From: the human T2T-CHM13v2.0 reference genome, Homo sapiens
NCBI RefSeq assembly: GCF_009914755.1
Contig: NC_060939.1
Length of the DNA stretch: 64,000 nt
Strand: one strand, 5' to 3'
Shown: positions 12,206 to 25,339 of the stretch, piece after piece
Numbering within the stretch: position 1 is the first letter of the stretch
How the letters are laid out: every line of letters starts with the position of its first letter
Position numbers and translations under genes: made by a program
Notes under the pieces: generated by a model
The model's input: only the letters and a program-made list of their open reading frames with translations
Told to the model about the DNA's origin: nothing
Databases searched by the model: none

Positions 12206-15200
12206 CTTTTTTGGTGGTGTGGAAGACTGTCTCAGTCATTAGAAACACTGGATAAGGATAAAGTCCCTCCCAGGTGGGCTTGAGCTTCCCTTCTTTCTAA
12301 CCTTTGATGAGAATGTGGTCTCTGTCCGGGCTGGTGGTGGTGAACTGGAAATTCAAGGGGTGGTGTATGTGCCAAGAGGCCTTTAGTCCTAAGGAAAGAG
12401 AAAGTGGAGGATAGACCAAGTATATAGTTCTTGAGAAACAGATCTTTTGTTTCGAACGAGGAATGTCAGCAGTGGAGTGTAGATAAGGCAACTCATAGAG
12501 CATTTCATAAGGAGGTAAGCCGACATCTTTCCTAGGGGCAGTTTGGAATCTTCACAAGGCCATGGGGAGGCATTTAGTCCATGGCAACCGAGTCTCTAGG
12601 ACTAATTTGGTTAGGTGGTTTTTCAGAGTCTGATTCATTCTTTCTACTCTTCCTGATGAAGGTGGGTGCCAGGGGTTATGGTAGTCCCATGTTATATCTA
12701 GTACTTGGGCTAGTTTCTTAAGAACATGTGCAGTGAAATGAGTCCCATTGTCTGAATCAACATTTTCTATTAATCCAAACCTGGGTATAATATTTTCAAC
12801 TAATGCCTTGAGTACATTACTAGCAGTTGCACTTGAAAAGGGAATAGTTTATACCCAATGAGTAAGGTGATCTATCACTAATAAATATTTTAAGTGACCA
12901 ATTGGGGGCATTTCGGTGTAATCAATTTGGACACTTTGGAACAGCCTTAATCCTGGATTTCTCCCTCCAACAGGTGGTTTTCTGAGGATCTGCTTATTAG
13001 TCTTCTTACATACTAGGCAACTATCTGTAACTTGTCTTGCCAAAATATAAATTCCTATATATCTGTAGACCCCGAGGACTGCATCACACGTAGCTTGAGG
13101 TCCCTAATGAGTCCCGTGATGCAGATGAGAGAGAATTTCCCTCATGAGGGGTTTGGATAACATTTCTCTTTGGTCTGGTGACACCCATTTCCCTTCTGAA
13201 TTTTCTTTGGCTCCTATTTTTGTTAATTTTTCCTTTTCAGCGGGAGAAAAGATGGGGACTGCAGTCGAGGGAGGAAGGCAAGGGGCTAAGTGAAAAACAG
13301 GCATTTTCAGAGGAAACGGCAGTGTGTTTGGCTATTTGATCTGCTAGGTTATTCCTTCCGCTTTGAAAAGAAAGACCTTTCTGATGTCCTGGAACATGGA
13401 CAATAGCTATTCTGGCAGCTGCAGGTTATCTAATTCTTGGATGATTAATTCTTTGTGGCGCAGGTCTTGGCCTTTGCTATTAATAAGACCTCGTTCAGTC
13501 CAAATTTTTCCAAAGGTGTGAGCTACCCCAAAGGCGTACTTGGAATTAGTATAAATAGTCCCTTCTTGGTTTTGCAAGTGCTTTAAGGCTTGATTTAATG
13601 CAAACAATTCACATGTTTGGGCAGACCAATTATTTGGCAGTCTTCTGGACTCTGCTTCTTCAAGTGCCTCCCCATCTACGACTGAGTACCTATTATGCCT
13701 TTTTCCTTCAATTACTTGGGAAGAGCCATCTATAAGTCCTGCCCCGTTTTGTAAAGGGTCTCTCTTAAATCAGGCCTAACTTGTGTATGATAATTAAATC
13801 TAAACACTTATGCTCAGTTCTCTTTAGATTTGGATCTCCAGTCAGGAAACCTCTGGGTTAAGTGAATTATCATTAGTGTTAAATCATCTCTTTCTAACAG
13901 GATAGCTTCATACTTTAAAATTCTCAAGTCAGTAAGCCACCTTCTTGGCTTTTAATTTAAGATGGTTCTAACCTGTTGGGGCATGCTTACAGCTAACTTT
14001 CCCCCAAAGGTTAGTTTTCTGCTTTCTTTAGTTAAGAAGGTGATAGCTGCAATGAATTGAAACATTCAGGCCATCCACAGGTTACTGGATCTAAAACTTT
14101 TGATAGGAGATCCATGGGTTGCTGGTGACCTCTGTGTTCTTGGGTAAGGACACCTAAAGCTACCCCCTTATTTATGTTAACAGAAAGGTGAAATGGCTTT
14201 TCTAGGGAAGGCAAAGCTAAAACAGAGGCAGTTATAAGCAGATGTTTTAGCTCCTCAACCTGGTGGAGTTCTTCAGAAGTCCACAGGAGAGGGTTAGGCT
14301 TTTCTTGGGTGAGTTTTAGGTAGAGAGGCTTTGTGACTAGGGCATATTAGTCAGTCTATAAGTGGCAATATCCGGCTATCCCTAGGAATTTTCTGAGTTC
14401 TTGTTTAGTCTTAGGCAAAGGTATGGATACAATCCCTTCAACCCTCTCAGGCCCTATCCTTCGTTTGCCGTTACTTATAAAGTGTCCTAGGTATTTAACT
14501 TCAGGCTCTATGAATTGAAGCTTTCTCTTTGAAACCCATAGTCCCTCTCCTTACAAATGGTTAAGGATATGGATGGAGAGAGCAGATACCTTTTCTATAG
14601 CTTAACCGGATATTAATAAGTCATCTACGTACTGGAGCAGACATATACATTTTGGGGTATAAACTTGTTCTAACACTTGTTCTAGAATTTGACCAAAGAG
14701 ATTAGGGGAATCTGTGAAGCCTTGGGGTAGAACTGTCTATCGATACTGTTGCTGTCATCCATAGTGGGGATCTTCCCATTCAAAAGCAAAAATGTCTCAG
14801 CTGTCCTCATCCAAGGAACATGCTCAAAAGGCATCTTTTAAACCTATTACTGTAAACCATTGATGTTCATATGGAATTTTACTGAGAATGGTTTAAGGAT
14901 TAGGGACAACAGGATGGGTAGTCTAGACTGTCTGGTTGATGGCCCAGAGGTCTTACGCTAGTCAATATGACCTATCTGGTTTCTTCACAGGCAGTATTGG
15001 GGTGTTATAAGGAGACATAGAGGGTTCAAGGAGCCCATCCTTGATGAGGCTTTCAATTATAGGTTTCAGGCTTATTCTGCCTTCTAAAGGAATAGGGTAT
15101 TGCTTTCTTCTTACTATTTCTCCATGGGTTTTTAACTTTATATGTATAGGGGGCATTTGGAGTTTTCCCCAATTTCCTTCCCTTGCCCAAACATCAGGAT

Positions 15201-15593
15201 GAATGTATGTTTTCTTCTGCAGTGGTGAGCAGGTTTAATGAAGTGTAGAATCCTTCTGAGCCAATACGTAAACCTATACCTAATTTTAACATTAAGTCTC
15301 TTCCTAATAGATTAGTTCCTGGAATTAACAAAAATTCAACATTAGCTGAGCAGTTTTTACATCTAATTTCTGTTTCTTCTAAAATTTTTAGTTTGATTCC
15401 CTCTCCTTTTACCCCTGAGACTACAAGCTCCTCTGAGGACCAGGTTATACTGTGGGGAAGGTAACAAACAGGAGCAGGCTGCTCCTGAGTCTACTAAAAA
15501 GGTCGTAAGCTCAGATTTGGGTCCCACTTGTAAATTTATCAAGGGCTCTTGGTGGGTGGGATTCAAGGTAAAAGAGAGAGAGCCCCTAACCCC
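12160..15593 (-). pseudogene. pol: ERV pro-pol (protease, RT, RNase H, integrase), many stops and frameshifts
   Basis: FLVDSGA (PR), LPQGF and YVDD at 14620-14631 (RT), IYTNSKYAF (RNase H), CLVC / QIDYTEMP / DSDNGTHF (IN). Confidence 0.92.
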
Positions 15594-17076
15594 CTATTCC
15601 TCCTCAAAGGTCGTAAGTGGGACGACTTCTCTTTCTGATTTTAATTCGGGACAATACCTCTTGAAGTGGCCTACTTTCTCACAATTGAAGCATTGATTCT
15701 GTCTCATTTATTTTTGGGTTTCTCGGCTTTGCCTCCTTACGTTCTTTATATGGCTTAGGAAGTGGGGGCCTAGGATCTTTATAGGTTTTGGCTCTCGGGA
15801 GGCTTTGTTTGGGAGTGTGTGGGTCTCCGGGTAACAGAGAGTAATACTGGTGTGTTTTATCCTTTGGGGCCCCCTGTTGGAAGGTGGATAACATAGTTTT
15901 CATTTTTTCTTTTTGCTTCTCCTCATCCCTCCTTACACACACTTTTTGAGCTTCTCTAAGAAGTTCATTCATGGGACGGTCATTCCAATTTTCTATCTTT
16001 TGTAATTTCCTTGTGATATCTGGCTGTTAGTAACAAAATGAAGCTTTAACATTCACTGCCTAAGAGGATCTTCTAAATCTAGAACAGCATATTTTCTCAT
16101 TTGTTCTTTCAAGCTGTCTAAAAGTTTGATAGGCCCTTCATCTTTCCTTTGTTGTATGTCGAATGCTCGAGTAAGATTTTGGGTTTGGAGTACTGACTCC
16201 TGAATCCCTTTTATTATCATTTCCCTAAGTTCCTGCATATCCTCTTCAGTGGGCTGTGTTATTATTGTCCCACCGGGGGTCTTGGTTGGGGAATTTTTGA
16301 TCTGCTGCATGAATGTGTTTTGGCCAGGAGGGTGTTCATGTTCCCAGGCTACCATAGCAGCTCTACAGATGATGCTTCTTTCTTCCCCTGAGAAAAGGAT
16401 GCCTAGGATGGACATTAACTCAGCCCAAGTATATATAACTGTGGTCCTAGAAATTGGTTAATTTGATCTGCTGTTCCACAGGAGTTGTCTAATAGTGCGG
16501 CTTGAACTCTGTTTTTAGGTTTTGGACCTCCCAGCTGGTTAAAGGAGCATTTACAAAGCGAATACTTCCTCCTCCTAGGGACACCTGTCTTAAGGGGAAG
16601 AGAGGTGGAGCTAATTCTCCCGAGGTAGAGGGGAAGGGGAAGTTCTGAATATCCCTTTTACATTGCTCTATCTCACATTGAAATCCTTTCAGGGAAGAGT
16701 ACTTAGGGTGGTAGTGAGCAGGCTCTTGGGACGATTCCCAGGAGGCAGGGTTATACAGAGGGGGAACAATGTGGGTAGGAAAAGGGTCTGGGACAACTGC
16801 CTCTGCTTGAGGGGGAGGGAGGTTAGGTTTAGGGGTATTGGACGGAGGAAGGTGGTGGAGGAGGTTCCATGTGTTGGTGAGCTGTCTAGGAACAGGGACC
16901 TTATCTTTCTCAGAGGAGTTAATTTCTGACTTGCTTTTCAGGATTGATTCCTGAGTCCAAATGAAACAACAATATTTTATCATTTGCTGCTTTTTCTTGT
17001 ATTGAGTCCTTTCATTCTCTTTCCAATATTTTAGCATAAGCCGTAGGGGACTATCAGGAGGAATGTTATTGTCAAC
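15594..17076 (-). pseudogene. gag: ERV gag, 5'-truncated and disrupted
   Basis: IPPDSPLRLMLKYW (MA), PPLY late domain, FVNAPLTS (CA), intact zinc knuckle CFNCEKVGHFKRYC at 15651-15692, amber stop at 15594-15596. Confidence 0.9.
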
Positions 17077-17228
17077 TTGTACAAAGGAAAGAAACAAACC
17101 TTGATTCAGGAGCCTAGGACTTTTTCTTTGGTTTGCCCTCCTGGGACAGATTACCGTTCCAAATTGAATTTGTGGAGGAGCGTTGGGAAATATCAGAACT
17201 GTCATATTAAGCACCTCAGTGGTACTTT

Positions 17229-17947
17229 TAATAGAGGAGTTATTCAGAAATTATATTAGGCAGATAGAGAGGGTAAGGAGGCCTCAGTAAGGCTTTCCCT
17301 TTTAATAGAAACAACTCCAGAAACATTTCTTTTTCTTTTCTTTTTATCTTTTTTTTGGAGACGGAGTCTCGCTCTGTCGCCCAGGCTGAAGTGCAGTGGT
17401 GCGATCTCAGCTCACTGCAGCCTCTGCCTCCCAGGTTCAAGTGAATCTCCTGCCTCAGCCTCCTGAGTAGCTGGGACTACAGGCTGCCAAGCTTTGATAT
17501 GCAAATGCCAGCGCTTAGAAACTGTGTCCATTCAACATGGAGATTCCCACCCTCTTCTTCTAGTCACCACCTCAAGGTGACACCTCCAGATGACCCCACG
17601 TGTGCAGGACAACATGGTGACCTACATTTGCATATTAAAAGGCTAGGGTGGGAGGGCCACGTTTTTCTCGGGCTGCATGAATGACCTGCCTGGTCAAACC
17701 AATACCCTGGTCCCTGTGCAAATCAGACACCACCTCCTCCAGCCTCCCAATATAACCGAGTACTGTTCTGCCACACACGGGGCTTTTTCTCTGTTCGGAG
17801 CCCCCCTTTTTCTGTACCGCAGGGAGCCTTTCTTCTTTCTTGCCTATTAAACTTTCTGTTCCTTAAAACCACTCCTGTGTGTCCATATCGTTTAACTGAC
17901 GTGACACAAAGGACCCCGATGTTTCTCCAGTCATCAGAGCCATATCA
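17229..17947 (+). mobile_element. ERV1 solo LTR (MER83/MER84-like) interrupted by a partial Alu
   Basis: 4-bp TSD CTTT at 17225-17228 and 17948-17951; ends ..ATCA; CCAAT, TATAA and ATTAAA in LTR order; family name from recall. Confidence 0.78.
17330..17484 (-). mobile_element. Alu right arm (5'-truncated) inside the solo LTR
   Basis: T-rich tail, GAGACGGAGTCTCGCTCTGTCGCCCAGGCTG...GCTGGGACTACAGGC, then LTR sequence resumes. Confidence 0.9.
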
Positions 17948-18626
17948 CTTTGAGTCCAGAGGAATTATTGTTTTCATTTATCTGAATTTATAATATAGAG
18001 TCAAATTCCTAGTGGTTATCCTCTCTCATCCCCATTTTTATAGCCTTCCTTGAAAGGAACAGGTATATGAAGAGGAGACAGGTTTCCCTTTTGTGAATAG
18101 TATATCCCTTAGTATCTTGATTTTTTTTGGTGGGAGTCGGGGGAGTTAAACTTACTTAGACCTGGTAAAGGGCAGTATTTGATAAATGTCAGCTAGTTTA
18201 GGGTTAGGGAATTGAGTTGAATGGAGATAGTCACTGCCAAATGTAAAGCATGACTGGAGAGCCAGAGTGATGAAGCCAGGGTCCCTTTCTCCAGATCCTT
18301 TGTAACAGTGTTATGTGATCTCTTCTAGAAGATCGTGCTGAAAGATAATGCCAACTCAGAACCTAGGAAACCATCCAGTGGGTTTCTGCAGCTTAGGTGT
18401 TTCAAATCCTCATCAGCAGGTTCGTTTTCTCTGCCTCAGTTTGCTTACAATGATGTTCTCAGTAGCTGTAATTGCTGTCTGTCTTTGAATACTTAAGCAT
18501 TTTATTTTAGCTCACAGGGGTATGTATGCATTTTTCTTTTACCAAGTGTTAGAACTTTGACTCTGCTTTTGTGGGCTCTGGGTTAGCAACTTGGTTGTTT
18601 AGTTGTAAAATGATTAGCAGGGAAAA

Positions 18627-18628
<2 letters not shown>

Positions 18629-18684
<56 letters not shown>
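18629..18684. repeat. (GT)28 microsatellite
   Basis: Direct read, uninterrupted. Confidence 0.97.
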
Positions 18685-18686
<2 letters not shown>

Positions 18687-19999
18687 TTTAAGTTTCTTTT
18701 GTTGTCAGAGCACTTCGAATTTTATGTGGAAATTCTGTCAGTTTACTTGATTCTCCACCCCACAGTTATTGAACAGGAAAGTGTGAAGGTAACGCGTCCC
18801 ATAACCAGCCTTCAGAAGAATTACAGCTGCTGTATCTCTGAACTTTCAAGAAGTTTGTGCATCAATTTTCAAAAAATTATGAAATCCCTGAAGATAGCTG
18901 TGTTCTACATTTGGAAAGATACAAAAACTGAACCTTCTAGCAGGCAGTTTTGCTTGCTGGTGCTTGAGATAGAGCCACACACTGGTCTCAGTGGATTTGT
19001 GGAGAAAAGTAGGTACAGAAAGTTATTTCTAAATAAGACCAAAAAATCCTTTTCTTAAGCAGTGACAGGTAAAGAGGTTGTCTTGGCTAACCTTGAATTG
19101 TGTTGCCCTTGATAGAGACAGTTTTATGATGGGGATGGTAGTGATGATAAACTTGTTGGAAATTTGTCCACTTATGGTAACCTTTGTGGTAGCTGTCACA
19201 GACAACTTCATCCTCACAGGCCCTAAAATTACTATAAAACTAATAGAATGGAGGAGAAACAAAGGACCTGAATAATTAGATGCTTGGATAATTGTTCTGT
19301 GTTTTCATAACAAGTGAAAAAGAGCAGTGTTAGAAGTACTTAAACATTCCATGTAAGGAACACTGCCTGAATTTATATTGTGATTTTAGAGCATCATTCA
19401 CTGTTTAAAAACAGGCATATTCTAGGTAATATTTTAAAGACAAATAGAAAACTTACCTTTTCAAGATGGATCTAAAGCTTAACCTTATCAAAATTACAAA
19501 ATGTAAAGCATACGATTGAAAAATATTAATGCATAGGTTTAAATATTGGTCATCATTTTAGATGTCTTTCAAAGTAGGTTGTCTCTTAAATATTAAACTG
19601 AACAAACATTGAACTTGTTGTAGAGTTTGTGCTCAAGGTTAAGTTTCCTGGGGTGATGGATATTTGATAATATGGATAACAAAAAGTTCTTATTTTAAGA
19701 AATTTAGAAAATTTTTAGGCAAAGCTAGAAAATAATACCAATAATTCTACCACTCAGAATGTACCACTATCAGAATTTTGTATCTTTCAGTCATCTGCTC
19801 ATCTCTTTTCTCCTTTGCTTGTATGTGTTCCCTCTCCCTTAAAAAAATCAGATTTTTTATTATAATCTGCATTTTCACTCAACAATATTGTAGATCTGTG
19901 TCATAAGTTATTCCTCTACAGTGCCTTCAGTTATTGTGTGCTTTGTGTTGGATAACTATACCATCTAGTCTTTCATGTTTCCTGGTACTGACTACATAA

Positions 20000-20003
<4 letters not shown>

Positions 20004-20038
<35 letters not shown>

Positions 20039-20059
20039 TGTGTGTGTGTGTGTGTGTGT
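20004..20059. repeat. Compound (GA)n(GT)n microsatellite
   Basis: Direct read. Confidence 0.95.
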
Positions 20060-20117
20060 ATTTTTTTTCTACCTTAACTAATGCTTTGGACATCAACAGG
20101 TAGAGCTAAATCCTTGA

Positions 20118-20491
<374 letters not shown>

Positions 20492-21316
20492 TTTTTTTCT
20501 TCTAGGTACCAGCTTTTATTTATCAGATTGGTATAAATGTTAGAAAGCGTGCAATGAAATGGGCATTTTCACAGTCGTGGCAGAAAGTATAATTATCTTT
20601 GACTTTCTAGAAAGCAGTCTGGCATTCTAGAAACTTGCCTAACCTCTTCCCATTTAGGCAAGATGAATTCTCACTACCCGTAGGTGGCCAACCTTGTCCT
20701 TGTGATTCCGTATCTTCCAGAAAGAGAGGTCTAGTCTCAGGGAAAACCCAGATTTTCTTGGCTTAGCCCACCTGACAGCTAATCACTGGAAATGAGGTGG
20801 GCCGGTAGAGTCCTTTGGTCAGGTTTTGTGTCAAGAGAGGAATGTGGAAAGATGGGAGGGAGGTAGCAAAACTGGCCTCAATGGAACTATGTAAGTTAAC
20901 ATAGAATGACAAAGGAATGTTTCTTCCAGGGAAGAAATTCTAGGGAAGGAAGAAAGTGGAGGGGAAGGCAGCAGTTCTCAAAGTTTTGGGGTCAGGATTC
21001 CTTTACACTCTTAAAAGTATATTGAGGGCCCAAGGAGCTTTTCTGTATATAGGTTATATCTATTGGTATTTATCACTAAAAATTAAATCAGAAATACTTA
21101 AAATATTCCTTAAAAGCTCACCAAATTTTGTTATAAATGCTTTTATGAAAAGAAAATTTCTAAACCCAAAGTAGTACAATCTTACACCTTTTGCAAATTT
21201 CGTTGATGTTTGATATGTCATTTGCACCTGCATTCAATTTATTGTGTGATATTTGCTTGAAAAAATGTGAACAAAGAACAATCTCATACAGATAGGCATT
21301 TTAGATCCTTATGGAT

Positions 21317-21533
21317 ATTTTTTATTTTTTATTTTTTTTTATTTTTGAGATGGGGTCTTTCTCTGTCTCCCAGGCTGGAATGCAGTGCTATGATCACGGC
21401 TCACTGGAGCCTCATTCTCTGGGGACTCAGGTGCTCCTCCCACCTCAGCCTCCAGAGTAGCTGGGACTACAGGTGTGTACTACTCCACCTAGCTAATTTT
21501 TTGTATTTTTTGTAGATACAGGGTTTTGCCATA
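21317..21533 (-). mobile_element. Alu (AluJ-like), 5'-truncated
   Basis: T-rich tail, right arm and start of left arm. Confidence 0.85.
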
Positions 21534-21810
21534 GGTATTCAAATAGAAAGTTTTGTTTTTGTTTTAGTATATAAAGAAATATAACTTTCCATGTTGAAAA
21601 AATTTTAAAAACCTTTTTTTAAATTATAAAACTCATAAGCAACCATTGTTGAGAAAATTAGTAAAGTACAGAAAAAAGAAAAAAATTAAAGTCTCCCATA
21701 ATTTCTTTACCTAATATAACCACTATTGACAGTTGACATGATGGCCATTTTCTACCAGTATATGTTTTTTCTTTGCTGGTAAAATACATAACCCTTACAT
21801 ATATGTTTAA

Positions 21811-22146
<336 letters not shown>

Positions 22147-22570
22147 CTTTTATATTCTTTTAAAAAGTATTTACTGTATTTTCCCATGATGTCATAGTCT
22201 TTATAGAAAAATAACAATCATTATTTTCAGTTGACATGATTGTTTACCTAAAAATATCCAAAGGAACCAACTGAAAAAAAACAATTTTTAAGATTACTGG
22301 TTAAAAGTTCTTTTATATAAAAATCAATAGCCTTCCCCAATGTTAGCTATAATCACATAGAACATATAGTGATGAAGTATTTTTTCAGGTATTTCAGCAA
22401 AAATTAAATACCTAGGAATAAACTTAGATGTGCAGGGCTTTTATCAAGGACATGACAAAATTTTGCTGAGAGGAATGAAAGATTTGCATTCTATGTTCCT
22501 GAATGAGCAGATTTCATGTTATAAATATGTTATCACCATGTCTTCATATTAATTTATAAATGTAATTTCT

Positions 22571-22799
22571 GCTGGGCACAGTGGCTCATACCTGTAATCT
22601 GAACAGTTTGGGAAGCTGAAGTGGGTAGATGACAATTAGCTGGGTGTCTGTGGCACACACTTGTTCCAACTACTTCTGAGGCCGAGGTGGGAGGATCACT
22701 TGAGCCTGGGAGGCAGAGGTTGCAGTGAGCCGAGATCTGCCTCTGAACTCCAGCCTAGGTGACAGAATAAGACCCTGTCTCAAAAAAAAAAAAAAAAAC
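22571..22799 (+). mobile_element. Alu with internal deletion
   Basis: GCTGGGCACAGTGGCTCA..., most of the left-arm 3' half missing, A tail. Confidence 0.85.
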
Positions 22800-23297
22800 A
22801 CACAGGAAAAAAAAGGGTGTATATATATACACATTTTATATTTCATATATATATTTATATATAAATTTTGTATATATATGTATATATACAAATTTCAGTA
22901 GAAATTCCAGCAGATTTATTTTTGGCATTTGACAAAATGACTCTAAAATTTGTTTAGAAGAGTAAATAATAAAAATTAATAAAGTATAGACTCTTTCAAC
23001 CAGATATTAAATAAAATATTGTGGACTAGCCCTGGGCCAGACAGATAAAGGCAATGAAAGTTTAGAACCAGAGTCATGCAAATGAGAATTTAGTGTAAGG
23101 AAAAGGTGGTGCTTTAACTTAGTAGTGAAAAGACAGATTATTCTGTAAATAGTTTTAGGAGAACTGGCCATTTGAGGAAGTTTGAGTCTTAACTCCAATT
23201 TTTGTCAAAATAAGTTGTAGTTGGTTTAAACACATCTATTCTTAAAAATTAGAACAGAAGAACATCGATTTGAAGATATTTTAAGAGTTAAGGCTGA

Positions 23298-23410
23298 GGC
23301 TGGGCACAGTGGTTCACGCCTGTAATCCCAGCACTTTCAAGGCCAAGTTGGGAGGATTGCTTGAGCCCAGGAGTTTGAGATCAGCCTGGGCAACATAGCA
23401 AGACTCTCTC
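23298..23410 (+). mobile_element. FLAM/Alu left monomer
   Basis: GGCTGGGCACAGTGGTTCACGCCTGTAATCCCAGC..GAGCCCAGGAGTTTGAGA. Confidence 0.85.
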
Positions 23411-24918
23411 TCTCTAGATATAGATATACATATAAATATACATATAGAGATACAAAAAAAGAGTTAAGTTTTGTATGGAGAGCCATGAAGATAAGAGGTG
23501 AAAATTAAAGGCTTGATGGACACATGTTTACATCTCCAGCAAGGGGGTTGATGGGAAAGACTGATAGACATAGCTCCATTACTGCTACCTCCTTTTAGGA
23601 AGTTGCTTCTGAATATCTAAAGATAACAGTTTTATAATAGCAGAAATGAGGTTTTTTTCAGTGTCTAAAACATTACATGAAATACATACATACATAAACA
23701 TGTTCAAAAGTTAAATGAAGTAGGATATAAAATTGGGCCTAGTGTTTAAAACAATAAATATATTTACATGAAGGAGAAAACAACTCACTTCCCACTCTTA
23801 CAGCCTCTGCCAGTTTATCATAGCCTAGTTTCTTGAGAGAATAAGCTACATGTCTTCACCTTTTTTCACTGAACTCATTATAATCTGGATTCTGCCTTCA
23901 TCTTTGCGCTAAAATTTATCTCCTCGTTTCCAAATCCAGTGGCTCCCCTCTTAGTCCACAAATTGACTCCTCTGCAGTATTTTGTTAATGTTGATTGTTC
24001 CTTTGTTGAAACATTCCTCCGTTCTTAATGTCCACCAGCAAAGAGTTGGTTAAATAAAAATTATAGTGTACAGTTTTATAATAGAATATTCTGTTATAGA
24101 CCAAAAAAAATGCAGCCAGTCTTTCCATAAAAGCATGTGCAAACTTCTAAGATGTATTAAGTAAAAAAGTAAGGCATAAAATATTGTGTATAATCTGACC
24201 TCTTTAGTATACAGTGTAAAAAAATCTATGTCTGTGCTAGTTTATACTTACTTTTTTCTCCCCTGGTGGATACAGGAAATTGTGAGTAGTAGAACACAAT
24301 TAAAAAAGACTGTGTGGCTTCTGTGCCAGGACCTGTGATAGTTGATAGTTGGGTATAAAAGACAAAAAAGGCATGTCCCTGTCCTCTGGGAAGGGACATG
24401 ATAGTCGAATGGGACTTTTATCAGATTGTTTTCTCCTGTTTTGATCTTATCACCCTGCCTTGGTCTCCTCCGATCTCTTCTTCCTTGTCCTACTTCTTTC
24501 TTCTCTTCTCATTCTGTGCTTTCTCTGAGTAATCTTTGACTCCCATTACTTAAGTCATGACCTGTGTTCCAGGGACTCCTAAATTTGTATTCATCTCCGG
24601 AGTTTCAAACCCATATATCTGTCTGTATATCATATATGTTAGGGAATCTCACTTGGAGTGACATGGGTGTTCAAAATGATGGTATTTAAATTTTCATGTA
24701 TTCACCTCCTAGCACTCTATCAGCCCCATCATGTGTCCCATCAGTAATTGTCCTTGTCATTGTGAGTGGGACAAAATGAAATAATCAAACTAGTCACCCA
24801 TGCCTCAACCTGGGAACTGTCTTAGCGTTCTTTTATATGCTACTGTTCTCTGACCTCCCCCCCAAAGTACGTTTCTAAGACCTGTCCTTCTAAATGTCTC
24901 TTACTATTTTCCCTGTGA

Positions 24919-25280
<362 letters not shown>

Positions 25281-25339
25281 ACTACCCTGTCTTTCTTGTT
25301 GCTTGGTATGACTCCACTACCCTGCTCCCTCTCTCCCCC

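Larger units (their letters stand above)
9745..17076 (-). mobile_element. HERV-I/HERVIP10-type (class I, ERV1) defective provirus lacking 5' LTR, PBS and gag start
   Basis: gag-pro-pol-env-PPT-LTR order on - strand with diagnostic motifs; homology stops abruptly at about 17076. Confidence 0.92.

Noticed and set aside
20677-20689. Second CTCF-like motif CCCGTAGGTGGCC
   Set aside because: Mismatches at two informative positions
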